The notes: a model not told the origin generated them from the letters alone. 64,000 nucleotides of DNA from Candidatus Pelagibacter sp. (GCF_052049675.1 NZ_JBNGZM010000001.1:348242-412241); one strand, 5' to 3'. Counted from the stretch's first letter, positions 18,379-30,677 are shown. Numbers and translations: made by a program.

Positions 18379-21231
18379 TTAGGTCAAAAGAGGTTTTAAA
18401 AATTGTCCTGTATAACTTCCCTTAACTTTGCATACTTCTTCAGGTTTTCCTTCGGCGACAATATTACCTCCTTTAACACCACCTTCAGGACCCATATCCA
18501 CTACGTAATCTGCTGTTTTAATTACATCTAAATTATGTTCAATTACAACTACTGTATTCCCAAGTTTTACAAATGTATGAAGTATCTCTAAAAGTTTTTT
18601 AATATCATGTTGATGCAAACCAGTTGTTGGTTCATCTAATATATACATCGTTCTTCCTGTTGATCTTTTTGAAAGTTCTTTTGCAAGCTTAATTCGTTGC
18701 GCTTCACCTCCTGACAGCGTAGTTGCTTGTTGACCAATTTTTATATAACCTAATCCAACTTTTTTAAGAGTTAACAATTTTGTTTTTATATTAGATATAT
18801 TTTCAAAATACTCGCATCCTTCATCAACTGACATATCTAAAACATCGGCAATACTTTTGCCTTTAAATTTGATTTCTAAAGTTTCTCTATTATATCTTGT
18901 TCCTTTACATTCATCACACTGTATATAAACATCAGGTAGAAAATGCATTTCATATGTGATTACTCCATCACCCTCACAAGCTTCACATCTACCTCCTTTA
19001 ACATTGAAAGAAAATCTTCCTGGTTTATATCCTCTTGTTTTCGACTCTGGTAAACTTGTAAACCAATCTCTAATAGGCCCAAAGGCTCCCGTATATGTTG
19101 CTGGATTTGATCTAGGTGTTCTTCCAATAGGAGATTGGTCAATATCAATTATTTTATCGATCAATTCTACTCCTTTATAACCTTTAAATGATTTAGGTGT
19201 TTTTCTAGCTTTATTATTTAAAGTTAAATTTAAAGCATGAAATAATGTTTGTAATATTAAGGTAGATTTTCCACTTCCAGAAACACCAGTAACACAGGTA
19301 AAAGTTCCGGTTGGAATTTTGAGATTAACATTATTCAAATTATTTCCACTTGCACCATTGATTTCAACAAATCTTCCATTTTTAGCTAAGCGTCGTGATT
19401 TTGGAATTTCAATTGTCTTTTTATTTGCAAGATACTGTCCAGTGATACTATTTTTATCTTTTTTAATTTCTTCATATGATCCTTGCGCTGTTATCTCACC
19501 ACCATTACTCCCAGCTTCAGGGCCAAGATCAATAATATGATCTGCATTTTCCATTGTTTCTGTGTCATGCTCTACAACAATGACTGTATTGCCAAGATCT
19601 CGTAATCTTTTTAATGCATTAATAAGCTTCACATTATCTTTTTGGTGTAATCCAATAGAAGGTTCATCCAGAACATATAATACACCTGTTAAACCAGATC
19701 CAATTTGTGAAGCTAATCTTATTCTTTGAGCTTCACCACCTGATAAAGTTCCAGATTCTCTAGACAATGTTAAATAATCTAAACCAACGTTTAGAAGAAA
19801 ATTTAATCTTTCATTAATTTCCTTCAATACATGTTCTGCAATTTTAAATTGTCTTTTATCAAGATTGTTTTCTAAATTTTTAAACCATTCTGCTGCATCC
19901 AAAATAGATTTCTTTGTTACTTCACTAATATTTAGATCATTAATCTTTACACATAATGCTTCCTCTTTTAATCTGTCACCACTACATGCCTCGCATGCTG
20001 TATCTGATTGATATTCAGCAATAGCTTCTCTTTTCCACTCACTATCAGACTCTAAAAATCTTCGTTCAAGATTATTTATTACACCTTCAAAGGTTTTTTT
20101 ATAAGAATATTTCTCGTATCCATCATCATAATTAAATTTAATCTCATCTTCATCTGAACCATAAAGAATAATATCTTTAATCTTTTTAGGTAATTTTTTC
20201 CATTTTTCATCTAAAGAAAAACCATAATGTTTAGCTAAAGATGCTAAAGTTTGTGCATAATATAATGTGGTTGATTTTGACCAAGGTTCGATTGCTCCAT
20301 CAGCTAAACTTTTTCTTTCATCAGGAACAACTAAATTTGGATCAACATTTAATTTCATTCCAATTCCCTCACACTCTTCACAAGCTCCATAAGGGCTGTT
20401 AAAAGAAAAAAGTCTTGGTTCAATTTCCTCAATTGTAAAACCACTTTCAGGGCAAGCAAACTTTGTAGAGTAAATTAACTTTTCGATTTTTCTAAATTTT
20501 TGAGGAAGTGTTTCATCTTCATATTCCACAAATACTAAACCGTTAGCTAAATTTACCGCTGTTTCAATACTTTCGGCTAATCTGTTTCCAAGTTTTGAAT
20601 TTAAAACTATTCTATCGACTAAGATTGAAATATCATGTTTAAGTTTTTTATCTAGATTGGGTGATTTTTCTATATCATATAAAACATTATCAATTTTAAT
20701 TTTTCTAAATCCTCTTCTCTTGTAACTTAGAATATCTTTTTTATATTCACCTTTACGACCTCTCACAACCGGAGCATAAATATATATTGTTGATTTTTTT
20801 GGTAATTTTTTTACTAAATCTACTATTTGTGTAATTGTTTGTGACGTTATTGGTTTACCTGTAAATGGTGAGTAGGGGATGCCTGCTCTAGCGTATAAGA
20901 CCCTCATATAATCATAAATTTCTGTCACCGTTGCAACAGTAGATCTTGGGTTTTTTGAGGTATTTTTTTGCTCGATTGCAATAGCTGGACTCAATCCTTC
21001 AATTAAATCAACATTTGGTTTTTTCATTTTATCTAAAAATTGACGTGCATAGGCAGATAAACTTTCTACATATCTTCTTTGACCTTCTGCATAGATGGTA
21101 TCAAAAGCTAAAGACGATTTTCCAGACCCGGATAGACCTGTTATGACCACAAATTTGTCTTTCGGAATCTCTACAGTAACATTCTTCAAATTATGTTCTT
21201 TAGCGCCCTTAATAACTATCTTTTTCATCAT
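18379..21231 (-). CDS. uvrA: Excinuclease ABC subunit A
   Basis: 950 aa; two ABC modules ([18 protein letters not shown], 2x LSGGEAQR); zinc-finger cysteines. Confidence 0.97.
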   Translation of the reverse strand: MMKKIVIKGAKEHNLKNVTVEIPKDKFVVITGLSGSGKSSLAFDTIYAEGQRRYVESLSAYARQFLDKMKKPNVDLIEGLSPAIAIEQKNTSKNPRSTVATVTEIYDYMRVLYARAGIPYSPFTGKPITSQTITQIVDLVKKLPKKSTIYIYAPVVRGRKGEYKKDILSYKRRGFRKIKIDNVLYDIEKSPNLDKKLKHDISILVDRIVLNSKLGNRLAESIETAVNLANGLVFVEYEDETLPQKFRKIEKLIYSTKFACPESGFTIEEIEPRLFSFNSPYGACEECEGIGMKLNVDPNLVVPDERKSLADGAIEPWSKSTTLYYAQTLASLAKHYGFSLDEKWKKLPKKIKDIILYGSDEDEIKFNYDDGYEKYSYKKTFEGVINNLERRFLESDSEWKREAIAEYQSDTACEACSGDRLKEEALCVKINDLNISEVTKKSILDAAEWFKNLENNLDKRQFKIAEHVLKEINERLNFLLNVGLDYLTLSRESGTLSGGEAQRIRLASQIGSGLTGVLYVLDEPSIGLHQKDNVKLINALKRLRDLGNTVIVVEHDTETMENADHIIDLGPEAGSNGGEITAQGSYEEIKKDKNSITGQYLANKKTIEIPKSRRLAKNGRFVEINGASGNNLNNVNLKIPTGTFTCVTGVSGSGKSTLILQTLFHALNLTLNNKARKTPKSFKGYKGVELIDKIIDIDQSPIGRTPRSNPATYTGAFGPIRDWFTSLPESKTRGYKPGRFSFNVKGGRCEACEGDGVITYEMHFLPDVYIQCDECKGTRYNRETLEIKFKGKSIADVLDMSVDEGCEYFENISNIKTKLLTLKKVGLGYIKIGQQATTLSGGEAQRIKLAKELSKRSTGRTMYILDEPTTGLHQHDIKKLLEILHTFVKLGNTVVVIEHNLDVIKTADYVVDMGPEGGVKGGNIVAEGKPEEVCKVKGSYTGQFLKPLLT

Positions 21232-21319
21232 AATTTTAGTTGCTTTGAGTTAATAAAATTAATATTCAGAAGAATTGTGATATAATTCTAATTAACTAAT
21301 TTAACAAATATTAAATATT

Positions 21320-21769
21320 ATGGCTGGAAGTTTAAATAAAGTATTATTAATTGGTCGTTTGGGCGCAGATCCTGAAATTAAACAGATGGTGAATGGCAAA
21401 AGTGTAGCCAGATTAAGCCTTGCAACAAGTCAATCCTGGAAAGACAAAAACACTGGTGAAAGAAAAGAAAAAACAGAGTGGCACCGTGTAGTTGTATTTA
21501 ACGAAGGTTTAGTAAATGTTGTTCAACAATATTTAAAAAAAGGTGCACAAGTTTATGTAGAGGGACAACTTACGACAAGAAAATGGAAAGATGAACAATC
21601 GGGACAAGACAAATATTCAACTGAAATAGTTATACAAGGATATAATTCTTCACTGACAATGTTGGGTGGAGGTAATTCAGGTGGTGGAATTCAAAATGAT
21701 ACAACTCAACAAAATAACATTGAGGATTCTTCACAAGTGTCAGATATGGATGATGAAATTCCATTTTAA
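21320..21769 (+). CDS. ssb: Single-stranded DNA-binding protein
   Basis: OB fold ([23 protein letters not shown]), Gly/Gln-rich linker, acidic tip DDEIPF. Confidence 0.95.
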   Translation: MAGSLNKVLLIGRLGADPEIKQMVNGKSVARLSLATSQSWKDKNTGERKEKTEWHRVVVFNEGLVNVVQQYLKKGAQVYVEGQLTTRKWKDEQSGQDKYSTEIVIQGYNSSLTMLGGGNSGGGIQNDTTQQNNIEDSSQVSDMDDEIPF

Positions 21770-21774
21770 TTTCT

Positions 21775-24354
21775 ATGAAAAATACCGAAGAGTTTAAAGA
21801 TAAAAATATAAAATTAATCTCAATGCATGATGAGATGAGCTCATCATATCTTTCTTATGCAATGAGTGTAATTGTAAGTCGTGCACTTCCTGATGTAAGA
21901 GACGGGTTAAAACCTGTTCATAGAAGAATTTTATATGCAATGTACAAAGGCGGATATGATTGGTCTAAACAATTTAGAAAATCTGCTAGAATAGTTGGGG
22001 ATGTTATTGGTAAATATCATCCTCATGGTGATCAATCTGTTTATGATGCGTTAGTTAGAATGGTGCAAGATTTCTCTATGAGCCTACCTTTAGTTCACGG
22101 CCAAGGAAATTTTGGTTCTATAGATGGTGATCCTGCTGCAGCAATGAGATATACCGAAACTCGTTTGTCAAAAGTTTCTCAATTTCTGATTGATGATATT
22201 GAAAAAAATACAATTACTTTTAAAAGCAATTACGATGAAACTGAGAAAGAACCTAGTGTTTTACCAGCACAGTTTCCAAATTTATTAGTAAATGGAGCTG
22301 GTGGTATCGCTGTAGGTATGGCAACAAGTATACCCCCTCACAATTTAGGTGAGATTATTGATGGCACTTTGGCCTTAATAGATAATAAAGATATTAAAAT
22401 TAGAGAGTTAATGAAACATATACCTGGTCCAGATTTTCCAACTGGTGGTGTAATTATAGGAAAAGATATAATTAAACAAGGGTATAATAATGGAAGAGGG
22501 TCCTTTAAGATAAGAGGTGAAATCTCAATTGAACAACAAAAAAATGGTCGTGAAAGACTGGTAATAACATCAATACCGTATCAAGTTAACAAATCCGTTT
22601 TAAACGAAAGGATAGCTCAGTTAGTAAGAGAAAAAAAGATAGAAGGTATAAGAGATATTCGAGACGAGTCGAACAGAGAAGGTATTAGAGTAGCAATAGA
22701 TTTAAGAAACGGTATAGAACCAGAAACTATAAAGAGACAATTATATAAAAACACTCAAATAGAAAGTTCTTTTGGTTTTAATACTTTAGCTATAGTTGAG
22801 GGAAAACCTCAAACGTGTACTTTAAAAGATTTTTTATCCAATTTTTTAACTTTTAGAGAAGATGTGGTTATTAAGAAAACTAAATTTGATCTTCAAAAAG
22901 CTGAAGAGCGTGCACATATATTAATCGGATTATCAGTATCGGTTGAAAATCTTGATAAAATAATAAAAATTATTCGATCATCTAAAACGCCTGATGATGC
23001 TAAAATATCAATTCTAAAAACTAAATGGAAAATAAATAAATCTCAAAAATTAATTTCTTTAGTAGAAGGAAAAAAAGGTAAAAATCTTTATTCTTTATCT
23101 GATCCACAAGTTTTAGCCATTTTAGAATTAAGGCTTCAAAAATTAACTGCATTAGGAATAAATGAAATCGAAGTTGAAATTAAAAAACTAGCTGAACTAA
23201 TCACTAAATATAAAAAGATTATTTCATCAAAAAAAGAACTTTTAAAAGTAATCAGTGAAGAGTTAAAAAATATTAAAGAGAAATTTGCTATTCCAAGAAG
23301 AACTAAAATTATAGATGCTGTTTTAAATTACGATATTGAAGAAACTATTCAAAAACAATCTGTAATAATTACAGTTACATTACAAGGATATATAAAAAGA
23401 GGTTCTTTAGATGGAGTAAAAAAACAAAAAAGAGGTGGTAAAGGAAAGTCAGGTATAACAACAAGAGATCAAGACTCTGTGGTTCAAACATTATCTGTAA
23501 ATACTCATACTTCAGTACTCTTCTTTTCTACCGAGGGTTTAGTTTACAAGATCAAAGCATGGAAAATTCCAGAGGGTTCATCGTCATCTAAAGGCAAGTC
23601 TTTATTTAATATTTTACCTTTAAAGAGTCATCAAGCAATAAGCTCAATTATGCCAATGCCAGAAGATGAAACAGATTTAAAAAATTATCAAATTATATTT
23701 GCTACTGCTCATGGCAAAGTAAGAAAAAATAGTTTAGAAGACTTTTCATCAATTAATGCATCTGGAAAAATTGCGATGAAATTAGATAATAATGACAAAA
23801 TTGTAGGTGTTAAAATTTGTAAAGATGATCAGGATATAATTTTAAGTACAAGATTTGGAAAATGTATTAGATTTGAAGCAAAAAAGTTAAGAGTTTTTAA
23901 AGGCAGATCTTCTAAAGGAATTAAGGGAATAGAGTTAGCATCAAATGATCAAATAGTATCTTTGTCAGTTATTGATAATGATAAAATTAATAAAAACGGA
24001 AAAAAATCAAAAGATGAAAAATTTGAAATAAAAGCAAAAGAAAAATTTGTTTTATCAATAAGTGAAAATGGTTATGGGAAAAAAACTTCTCATACTGATT
24101 ACAGAGTTACTAACAGAGGTGGTAAAGGCATTATAGGAATAGTAAATTCACCAAGAAATGGAAATATTACTTCATCCTTTCCTGTTTTTGAAGGTGATGA
24201 AATTTTAATTTCTACTAATAAAGGTAGGGTTATAAGAGTTGCGGTTAAAGAAATTAGAACTGCTGGCAGAAATACCCAAGGTGTTAGGATAATTAAGTTA
24301 TCAGGAGAGGAAAAAGTTGTTTCGGCAATTAAAATTGATGATAATTTAATTTGA
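21775..24354 (+). CDS. gyrA: DNA gyrase subunit A
   Basis: [27 protein letters not shown] active-site Tyr region, GyrA-box [10 protein letters not shown]. The alphaproteobacterial uvrA/ssb-gyrA context argues gyrA rather than parC. Confidence 0.93.
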   Translation: MKNTEEFKDKNIKLISMHDEMSSSYLSYAMSVIVSRALPDVRDGLKPVHRRILYAMYKGGYDWSKQFRKSARIVGDVIGKYHPHGDQSVYDALVRMVQDFSMSLPLVHGQGNFGSIDGDPAAAMRYTETRLSKVSQFLIDDIEKNTITFKSNYDETEKEPSVLPAQFPNLLVNGAGGIAVGMATSIPPHNLGEIIDGTLALIDNKDIKIRELMKHIPGPDFPTGGVIIGKDIIKQGYNNGRGSFKIRGEISIEQQKNGRERLVITSIPYQVNKSVLNERIAQLVREKKIEGIRDIRDESNREGIRVAIDLRNGIEPETIKRQLYKNTQIESSFGFNTLAIVEGKPQTCTLKDFLSNFLTFREDVVIKKTKFDLQKAEERAHILIGLSVSVENLDKIIKIIRSSKTPDDAKISILKTKWKINKSQKLISLVEGKKGKNLYSLSDPQVLAILELRLQKLTALGINEIEVEIKKLAELITKYKKIISSKKELLKVISEELKNIKEKFAIPRRTKIIDAVLNYDIEETIQKQSVIITVTLQGYIKRGSLDGVKKQKRGGKGKSGITTRDQDSVVQTLSVNTHTSVLFFSTEGLVYKIKAWKIPEGSSSSKGKSLFNILPLKSHQAISSIMPMPEDETDLKNYQIIFATAHGKVRKNSLEDFSSINASGKIAMKLDNNDKIVGVKICKDDQDIILSTRFGKCIRFEAKKLRVFKGRSSKGIKGIELASNDQIVSLSVIDNDKINKNGKKSKDEKFEIKAKEKFVLSISENGYGKKTSHTDYRVTNRGGKGIIGIVNSPRNGNITSSFPVFEGDEILISTNKGRVIRVAVKEIRTAGRNTQGVRIIKLSGEEKVVSAIKIDDNLI

Positions 24355-24848
24355 TGAGTAAAATAGCAATTTATCCTGGAACATTTGATCCAATTACTTT
24401 TGGACATATAGATGTAATAAAAAAATCATTAAAATTGTTTGATAAGATAGTAATAGGTGTATCAGATGAAAGTAACAAAGATTATTTATTTAGTTCTGAT
24501 GAAAGAATAGAAATAGTAAATAAAGCTTTATTTAAAGATCTAAAGTTAAATAGAAAAAAAATAAAAGTTGTTTCTTTTGGATCTTTAACTACAGATTTAT
24601 GTAAAAAATATAAATCAAACATAATTTTAAGGGGATTAAGAGCTGTATCTGATTTTGAATACGAGTTTCAGTTAGCTGGTATGAACAGAAAATTGAACCA
24701 AAATATAGAAACAATTTTTTTAATGTCTGATGTAGAAAATCAAATTATTTCATCGAAATTTGTTAAAGAGATTGTTAAATTAAAAGGTGATATAAAAAAA
24801 TTTACTACAAAAAGCACAATTAAATCATTAAAAGATAAATATGAATAA
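24354..24848 (+). CDS. coaD: Phosphopantetheine adenylyltransferase
   Basis: IAIYPGTFDPITFGHIDVI. I prefer ATG 24354 (TGATG overlap with the gyrA stop) to the TTG at 24351. Confidence 0.92.
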   Translation: MSKIAIYPGTFDPITFGHIDVIKKSLKLFDKIVIGVSDESNKDYLFSSDERIEIVNKALFKDLKLNRKKIKVVSFGSLTTDLCKKYKSNIILRGLRAVSDFEYEFQLAGMNRKLNQNIETIFLMSDVENQIISSKFVKEIVKLKGDIKKFTTKSTIKSLKDKYE

Positions 24849-25401
24849 AATTTTTATTAAAATACTGATTTTGTTTTTTTTAATTACTAATCAATCAATA
24901 GCTGAGGAGAATATAATGATATTAAAGTTAAAAGATGGCAATGTTAAAATTGAATTATTCAAAGATGTTGCTCCAAATCATGTAAAAAGAATTAAGGAAT
25001 TAGCAAATAGTGGTAAATATGATAACGTCGTTTTTCACAGAGTTATAGATGGATTTATGGCTCAAACAGGAGATGTCAAATTTGGTAATTCAGAGTCTAA
25101 AGATTTTGATCTTAGAAGAGCGGGCATGGGTGGGTCTGACTTCCCAGATTTAAAGCAAGAATTTAATAGTTTACCACATGATAGAGGAACTTTGTCAATG
25201 GCAAGAGCCCAAGACCCTGATAGTGCAAATAGTCAATTCTTTATTTGTTTTCAGCCAGCTCCTTTTTTAGATCGTCAATATACAGTTTTTGGAAAAGTAA
25301 TAGAAGGAATGGAATTTGTTGATAAAATCAAAAGAGGTGACCAAAACAATAATGGTGCTGTTACTGACCCAGATAAAATTATTAGTTTCAAATCTCAATA
25401 A
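24841..25401 (+). CDS. Periplasmic cyclophilin-type peptidyl-prolyl cis-trans isomerase
   Basis: Signal peptide; FHRVIDGFMAQTGD, SMARAQDPDSANSQFFI, VFGKVIEGMEFVDKI. Confidence 0.9.
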   Translation: MNKIFIKILILFFLITNQSIAEENIMILKLKDGNVKIELFKDVAPNHVKRIKELANSGKYDNVVFHRVIDGFMAQTGDVKFGNSESKDFDLRRAGMGGSDFPDLKQEFNSLPHDRGTLSMARAQDPDSANSQFFICFQPAPFLDRQYTVFGKVIEGMEFVDKIKRGDQNNNGAVTDPDKIISFKSQ

Positions 25402-25409
25402 TTTTTTTA

Positions 25410-26522
25410 ATGGCATTAAAAAAATTTGCCTTTAACGTTTTAAAAAAAGATAAATTTGCTAGGTGTGGTTTAATAGAGACTCATCGCGGAAATATACATA
25501 CTCCAGCATTTATGCCTGTTGGGACTCAAGCTACAGTAAAAGCTTGCACAATAGATGATATTAAAAAAACAGGCTCTGAAATCATACTTTCGAATACCTA
25601 CCACTTAATGATACGTCCAGGTGTTGAAAGAATTAAATCAGCTGGAGGTATTCATCATTTTATGAATTGTGATTTACCTATTTTGACTGACTCAGGTGGT
25701 TTTCAAGTTATGTCTCTTTCAAAATTAAATAAGATTGACAGGGAGAAGGGTGCTATTTTTAACTCTCATGTTGATGGTAAAAAATTTTATTTAAGTCCAG
25801 AAGAGAGCATTAGAATACAACTAGGTTTAAATTCAGATATCGTAATGATTATGGATGAATGCCCTAAGAAAACTAATGATTACAAAATAATAAAAAATTC
25901 TATGGATCTTTCTATTTATTGGGCCGAAAGATCAAAGAAAGCATTTGGTAAAAATCCTCATAAAGCTTTATTTGGTATCGTTCAGGGTGGTTTGTTCAAA
26001 GATCTAAGGCTCAAATCTTTAAAAGAACTTATGAAAATTGGTTTTGATGGATATGCGATTGGTGGTTTAGCTGTTGGAGAAACTCAGAATGAAATGTTTT
26101 CAACCTTAGATGTTATTAAAGAATTTTTACCAACTGAAAAACCTCATTATTTAATGGGTGTTGGAACACCATCTGATATATTGGGTGCAGTAAAAAGAGG
26201 TATCGATATGTTTGATTGTGTTTTACCAACAAGATCTGGAAGAACAGGTTTGGCTTTTACTTGGCAAGGAAGAATCAATATAAAAAATAATAAATATCAA
26301 AATGATAATACCCCACTAGATCCTAGTTGTGACAATTTAAATTTAAATAGGTATTCAAAAAACTATTTAAATCACTTATTTAATACAAATGAGATTTTAG
26401 CATCTATGCTGCTTAGCCTTCACAATATTAATTTTTATCAAGAATTAATGGCTTCAATTAGAAATAATATCAATGAAGGCACTTTCAATCAATTTCATGA
26501 TAAATACATTGATAAGTTGTAA
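25410..26522 (+). CDS. tgt: Queuine tRNA-ribosyltransferase (tRNA-guanine transglycosylase)
   Basis: TPAFMPVGT, LTDSGGFQV, GYAIGGLAVGE, DMFDCVLPTR motifs. Confidence 0.95.
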   Translation: MALKKFAFNVLKKDKFARCGLIETHRGNIHTPAFMPVGTQATVKACTIDDIKKTGSEIILSNTYHLMIRPGVERIKSAGGIHHFMNCDLPILTDSGGFQVMSLSKLNKIDREKGAIFNSHVDGKKFYLSPEESIRIQLGLNSDIVMIMDECPKKTNDYKIIKNSMDLSIYWAERSKKAFGKNPHKALFGIVQGGLFKDLRLKSLKELMKIGFDGYAIGGLAVGETQNEMFSTLDVIKEFLPTEKPHYLMGVGTPSDILGAVKRGIDMFDCVLPTRSGRTGLAFTWQGRINIKNNKYQNDNTPLDPSCDNLNLNRYSKNYLNHLFNTNEILASMLLSLHNINFYQELMASIRNNINEGTFNQFHDKYIDKL

Positions 26523-26607
26523 CAGCTATAGAATTTTTAGTTCAAATTGACATTTGAAAAAATAAAATAATTATGTATATAACAACTATTCAATTTGAAT
26601 AATTTGG

Positions 26608-26683
<76 letters not shown>

Positions 26684-26692
26684 CTAATTGAA

Positions 26693-27520
26693 TTAGCTTA
26701 TATCTAGTGGAGGATAATCCAAAATCACTCCATTCATTTTTTCATTTAAATCTTTTATTCTATTATCCGATGAAGGATGAGTACTCATGAATTCAGGTGG
26801 TTCCTTGCCTTTATTTAGTTTTTTCATTCTTTCCCATATCTTAACAGTTTCTCTTATATCATAACCTGACAAAGAAGAGAAAATCATACCCAAATAATCA
26901 GCTTCACTCTCTTGCTTTCTGTTGAAAGGATTTAATAGACCTAATTGTGTTATTAAACCAACTGTGTTAATTCCTGTTGTTCTATTAACTTGTGATAATT
27001 TTCCTCCACTAAAAATATCTATTAACTGTGTTCCTGTGTTAACAAGTGTTGCTCTACTAGCTCTTTCTACAGAATGTTTTGCAACAGCATGAGCTATTTC
27101 ATGTCCCATTACAGCTGCTAACCCATCTGTATTTTTTGTAGCTTCAAGTATTCCAGTATAAACTGCTATCTTACCACCAGGCATGCACCATGCATTCCTT
27201 ACTTTTTTTCTATCTATTAATATATATTCCCATTCAAAATCTAGAGTAGGATCTTGTAAACCAGCCCTGTAAAAATACTCAGAAATTGAATCTTCCATCC
27301 TTTTTCCAATTTCTTTAATTTCATCAAGAGTTTTTGTGTCATCGCTCATTTTTTCTTTTTCTTTTATTCTTTCATAAATAGCTGCTGCTTGGGCATTAAG
27401 TTTAGCCTCAGAGACAATTTTTAATTGTTTTCTGTCAGTTATAGGTGCAGTGGTACAAGAAGATAATAATAAACTTCCACATCCACAACCCATATAAGAT
27501 AAAAATTTTCTTCTATTCAT
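26693..27520 (-). CDS. M48-family zinc metallopeptidase lipoprotein
   Basis: Lipobox LLLSSC; HEIAHAVAKH (HExxH); downstream E...ADxxG M48 motif (ESEADYLG). Confidence 0.85.
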   Translation of the reverse strand: MNRRKFLSYMGCGCGSLLLSSCTTAPITDRKQLKIVSEAKLNAQAAAIYERIKEKEKMSDDTKTLDEIKEIGKRMEDSISEYFYRAGLQDPTLDFEWEYILIDRKKVRNAWCMPGGKIAVYTGILEATKNTDGLAAVMGHEIAHAVAKHSVERASRATLVNTGTQLIDIFSGGKLSQVNRTTGINTVGLITQLGLLNPFNRKQESEADYLGMIFSSLSGYDIRETVKIWERMKKLNKGKEPPEFMSTHPSSDNRIKDLNEKMNGVILDYPPLDIS

Positions 27521-27632
27521 AACTATAAAATTTGATAATAGTAGTTTAACATGAATCTTAACAATAAAATATTAATAGTATTATTTATTATTTCAATATT
27601 GTTTGTGATTTACGCTAGTTACAGTTAATTTT

Positions 27633-28250
27633 ATGGCTAAAAAAACTAATAAAAAATCATTTTCTTTAACACTTAGAAATTATTTTATTGCTGGTGTTGT
27701 TGTTTTAATACCAATAGGTTTTACTTTATATTTAACTAAAATTTTAATAGGAATATCCTCAAACTTAATTCCAAAAAATATTAATCCAAATAGTTATTTA
27801 CCTTTTAATATACCTGGCGTTGAAATTGTAATTTCAATTTTACTTATTACAATCGTTGGTGGCCTGTCTTTATCATTTTTTGGAAGAAGAATTCTGAAAT
27901 TAATTGATGATTTGTTTAAAAGAATTCCTTTTTTGAGAACTGTTTATTCAGCAATTGTTCAAATGACTGAAACTTTTTCAAAAAAAGATGATGGTAAAAA
28001 GAGTGTTGTTTTGATCGAATATCCCAGAAAAGGGGTTTGGGCCGTTGGATTTGCTACAAAAGAAAACAAAGGAGAGATGGCAGAAAAAACTGGCAAAAAT
28101 TTAATTAATGTTTTCGTTCCAACCACACCAAACCCAACAAGTGGTTTCTTATTAATGTTTCCGGTAGAAGATGTTATATATTTAAATATGTCTTTTGAAG
28201 AAGCTTCCAAATTTATAGTGTCAGCGGGTACCTCAACAAAAAAATCTTAA
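27633..28250 (+). CDS. DUF502-family membrane protein
   Basis: Two N-terminal TM helices, IPFLRTVYSA, PTTPNPTSGFLLMFP, characteristic of DUF502. Confidence 0.8.
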   Translation: MAKKTNKKSFSLTLRNYFIAGVVVLIPIGFTLYLTKILIGISSNLIPKNINPNSYLPFNIPGVEIVISILLITIVGGLSLSFFGRRILKLIDDLFKRIPFLRTVYSAIVQMTETFSKKDDGKKSVVLIEYPRKGVWAVGFATKENKGEMAEKTGKNLINVFVPTTPNPTSGFLLMFPVEDVIYLNMSFEEASKFIVSAGTSTKKS

Positions 28251-30298
28251 ACGATATCGTTTATTATATCAGCCTTATCGTACAATTTTATCAAAGGTTT
28301 GAATTTACTTATATCTTCATTTGATTTTTCTATTCTTCTCATTTCTTTTTCAGCTAATAAGAAAAGATCACTATTCTGAATTGGATCTGCTAACTTAAAA
28401 TTTTTTACACCACTTTGTTTAAATCCCAAAATATCACCAAACCCTCGTAATTTCATATCTTCTTCAGATATTAAGAAACCATCATTAGTGTCTTTTAAAA
28501 TTTTTATTCTTTTTTTTGCGTTTTCGCTTAGATTTGATTTAAACATTAATATACATGTAGAGTCTTTATCTCCACGACCAACTCTACCTCTTAATTGATG
28601 AAGTTGAGATAAACCAAATTTGTTAGCGTTTTCAATTATAATCGTATTTGCATTCGGAAAATCTATCCCAACCTCAATAATTGTTGTAGAAACCAAAATC
28701 TTAAATTTATTATTTAAAAAATTGTTTAGAATTTCATTTTTTTCATCTATATCAGTTTTTCCATGAAGCAAACAAACTTGATTTGGAAACTTGTTCTCTA
28801 AATATTCATACTTTTTTACAGCCGATGTATGATCCAATTTTTTAGATTCTTCAATTAATGGACAAACCCAAAAAATTTGATTTCCTAAGTTAATTTCTTT
28901 TTTTATAAATTTTAATACATCTTCAATTTTAACCTCTAATTTACTATATGTTTTAATTGGTTTTCTATTTTTAGGTTTTTCTCTAATTATTGAAATATCC
29001 ATATCACCATAAATTGTCATTGTTAGAGTTCTTGGTATAGGTGTTGCTGTCATTAATAACACATCACAATTTGATCCACCTTTGTCTGACAATTTTTTTC
29101 TTTGATTTACTCCAAACTTATGTTGTTCATCTATAATTATTAATCCTAATTTTTTGAAAATTATTTTTTTTTGAAAAATAGCATGTGTACCAAAAATAAT
29201 ATCTACTTTATTATTTTCTAATCTTTGAAGTATTTCTTTTTTTACCTTGTATTCTGATTTTCCAGAAATAAGAGCTATATTCATATTTTTAGGAAATAAT
29301 TTTTTTGCTAGATTAAAATGTTGTCTTGCTAGAATTTCCGTAGGAGCCATAAAAGCAACCTGGAAACCAGAATTTATACTATTTATTGCTGCTAAAAGAG
29401 ACACTATTGTTTTTCCACTACCAACGTCTCCTTGCAAAAGTCTAAACATTTTATTTGATGAACTTAAGTCTTTGTTTATTTCGTTAAGTGATTTTTGTTG
29501 ATCATCGGTAAGAGAAAAATCTAATTTATCAGTTATAGAATTTTGTTTATTTAAATTGATAACTTTATTTTTTTTTTTTATTTTTCTTATTTTTTTTCTT
29601 ATTTCAGAATTAACAAGAAATGTTGAAAATATTTCATCAAAAGCAAGTCTTTGATAGAAATTTGATTTATAATTTCCAATATTTTCAGGTTTATGAAGTT
29701 CTTTAATTGAGCTATTCCAACTTATATTTTTGAATTTAGATAAAATATTTTTAGAGTGCCATTCATTAAAAACTGGTAAATCATTGATTATTTGATTTAA
29801 GATTTTATTATATAATTTTTCAGAAATACCTTCAGTTAATGAGTATTTATTATGAGTTTGCTTGATTAAAGAAGAGTCTTCAGAAACATATTTTGGATTT
29901 GTAATTTGGTATTTATTCCTAAAATAACCTATTTTACCACTAACAGTAATTTCTTTACCCAGTGGAAGTATTTTTTTTATGTATCCTTCATAACTATTAA
30001 AAAAAATACAATCTATTTCACCAGTTTGATCACTACATAAAACTCTATTTGGTAATTTCCTTATACGTGGGAAATTATACTTTTGAGGAATTATAGTTAC
30101 TGTTTGTATTTCACCAATTTTTAAATCTTTTATTTTTGATGATAAGCTTCTATCTGTATAAGATTTTGGTAGTTTCCATAGTAAATCAAATAAATTATTA
30201 ATATTTTTCTTCTTTAATAAATTTTTTGTTTTAGTTCCCACACCTTTTAAAGAACTTAAATCTGACAATAAATATTCATAATTTGTTTTATTATTCAT
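28247..30298 (-). CDS. recG: ATP-dependent DNA helicase RecG
   Basis: Wedge domain; GDVGSGKT (motif I), DEQHKFG (motif II), MTATPIPRT, QLRGRVGRG. Confidence 0.95.
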   Translation of the reverse strand: MNNKTNYEYLLSDLSSLKGVGTKTKNLLKKKNINNLFDLLWKLPKSYTDRSLSSKIKDLKIGEIQTVTIIPQKYNFPRIRKLPNRVLCSDQTGEIDCIFFNSYEGYIKKILPLGKEITVSGKIGYFRNKYQITNPKYVSEDSSLIKQTHNKYSLTEGISEKLYNKILNQIINDLPVFNEWHSKNILSKFKNISWNSSIKELHKPENIGNYKSNFYQRLAFDEIFSTFLVNSEIRKKIRKIKKKNKVINLNKQNSITDKLDFSLTDDQQKSLNEINKDLSSSNKMFRLLQGDVGSGKTIVSLLAAINSINSGFQVAFMAPTEILARQHFNLAKKLFPKNMNIALISGKSEYKVKKEILQRLENNKVDIIFGTHAIFQKKIIFKKLGLIIIDEQHKFGVNQRKKLSDKGGSNCDVLLMTATPIPRTLTMTIYGDMDISIIREKPKNRKPIKTYSKLEVKIEDVLKFIKKEINLGNQIFWVCPLIEESKKLDHTSAVKKYEYLENKFPNQVCLLHGKTDIDEKNEILNNFLNNKFKILVSTTIIEVGIDFPNANTIIIENANKFGLSQLHQLRGRVGRGDKDSTCILMFKSNLSENAKKRIKILKDTNDGFLISEEDMKLRGFGDILGFKQSGVKNFKLADPIQNSDLFLLAEKEMRRIEKSNEDISKFKPLIKLYDKADIINDIV

Positions 30299-30323
30299 TA
30301 ATTACTAATATATTCTAATTATT

Positions 30324-30587
30324 ATGATCAACATAGATGAATTAAAAAAAAAAATTATTTACCGATCTAATTATAGAGGCACAAAAGAAATGGATAATCT
30401 TTTGGGGGCATTTACAAAAGAATATATAAATAATTTAAATGAAAATGATCTTCTTGATTTAGAAAAGCTACTGAATATTGATGACACTAATTTGTATAAT
30501 TTTTATAATGGTTTTAAAACCGATTTTGAATTTGAAAATAATAATATTAATTTCTTATATAAAAATTTTAACTATACACAAAAATGA
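30324..30587 (+). CDS. sdhE: FAD assembly factor SdhE (SDHAF2/DUF339 family)
   Basis: YRSNYRGTKEMDNLLGAF...LLNIDDTNLYNF matches the RGxxE-containing SdhE core. Divergent from recG, as in many alphaproteobacteria. Confidence 0.75.
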   Translation: MINIDELKKKIIYRSNYRGTKEMDNLLGAFTKEYINNLNENDLLDLEKLLNIDDTNLYNFYNGFKTDFEFENNNINFLYKNFNYTQK

Positions 30588-30677
30588 TGGCGGAGAGACT
30601 GGGATTCGAACCCAGGAAAGAGTTGCCCCTTTGCCGGTTTTCAAGACCGGTGCTTTCAACCGCTCAGCCATCTCTCC
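30588..30677 (-). tRNA. tRNA-Ser (anticodon UGA), long variable arm
   Basis: Minus-strand read ggagagatggctgagcggttgaaagcaccggtcTTGAAaaccggc...ggttcgaatccc...ctctccgcca; 90 nt; class II variable arm; encoded CCA. Confidence 0.9.

Noticed and set aside
21271-21289. Palindrome AGAATT-gtgatat-AATTCT in the divergent uvrA/ssb promoter region, considered as an SOS (LexA) operator.
   Set aside because: It matches neither the alphaproteobacterial GTTC-N7-GTTC direct-repeat SOS box nor the CTGT-N8-ACAG type. It is AT-rich and could easily be chance. I cannot tell from this window whether a lexA gene exists.
27550-27618. Short ORF (about 22 aa, MNLNNKILIVLFIISIL...) in the 112-bp spacer between the M48 peptidase gene and the DUF502 gene.
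   Set aside because: It is too short and low-complexity to support, has no SD-like sequence, and hydrophobic I/L/F-rich peptides arise readily from T-rich DNA.
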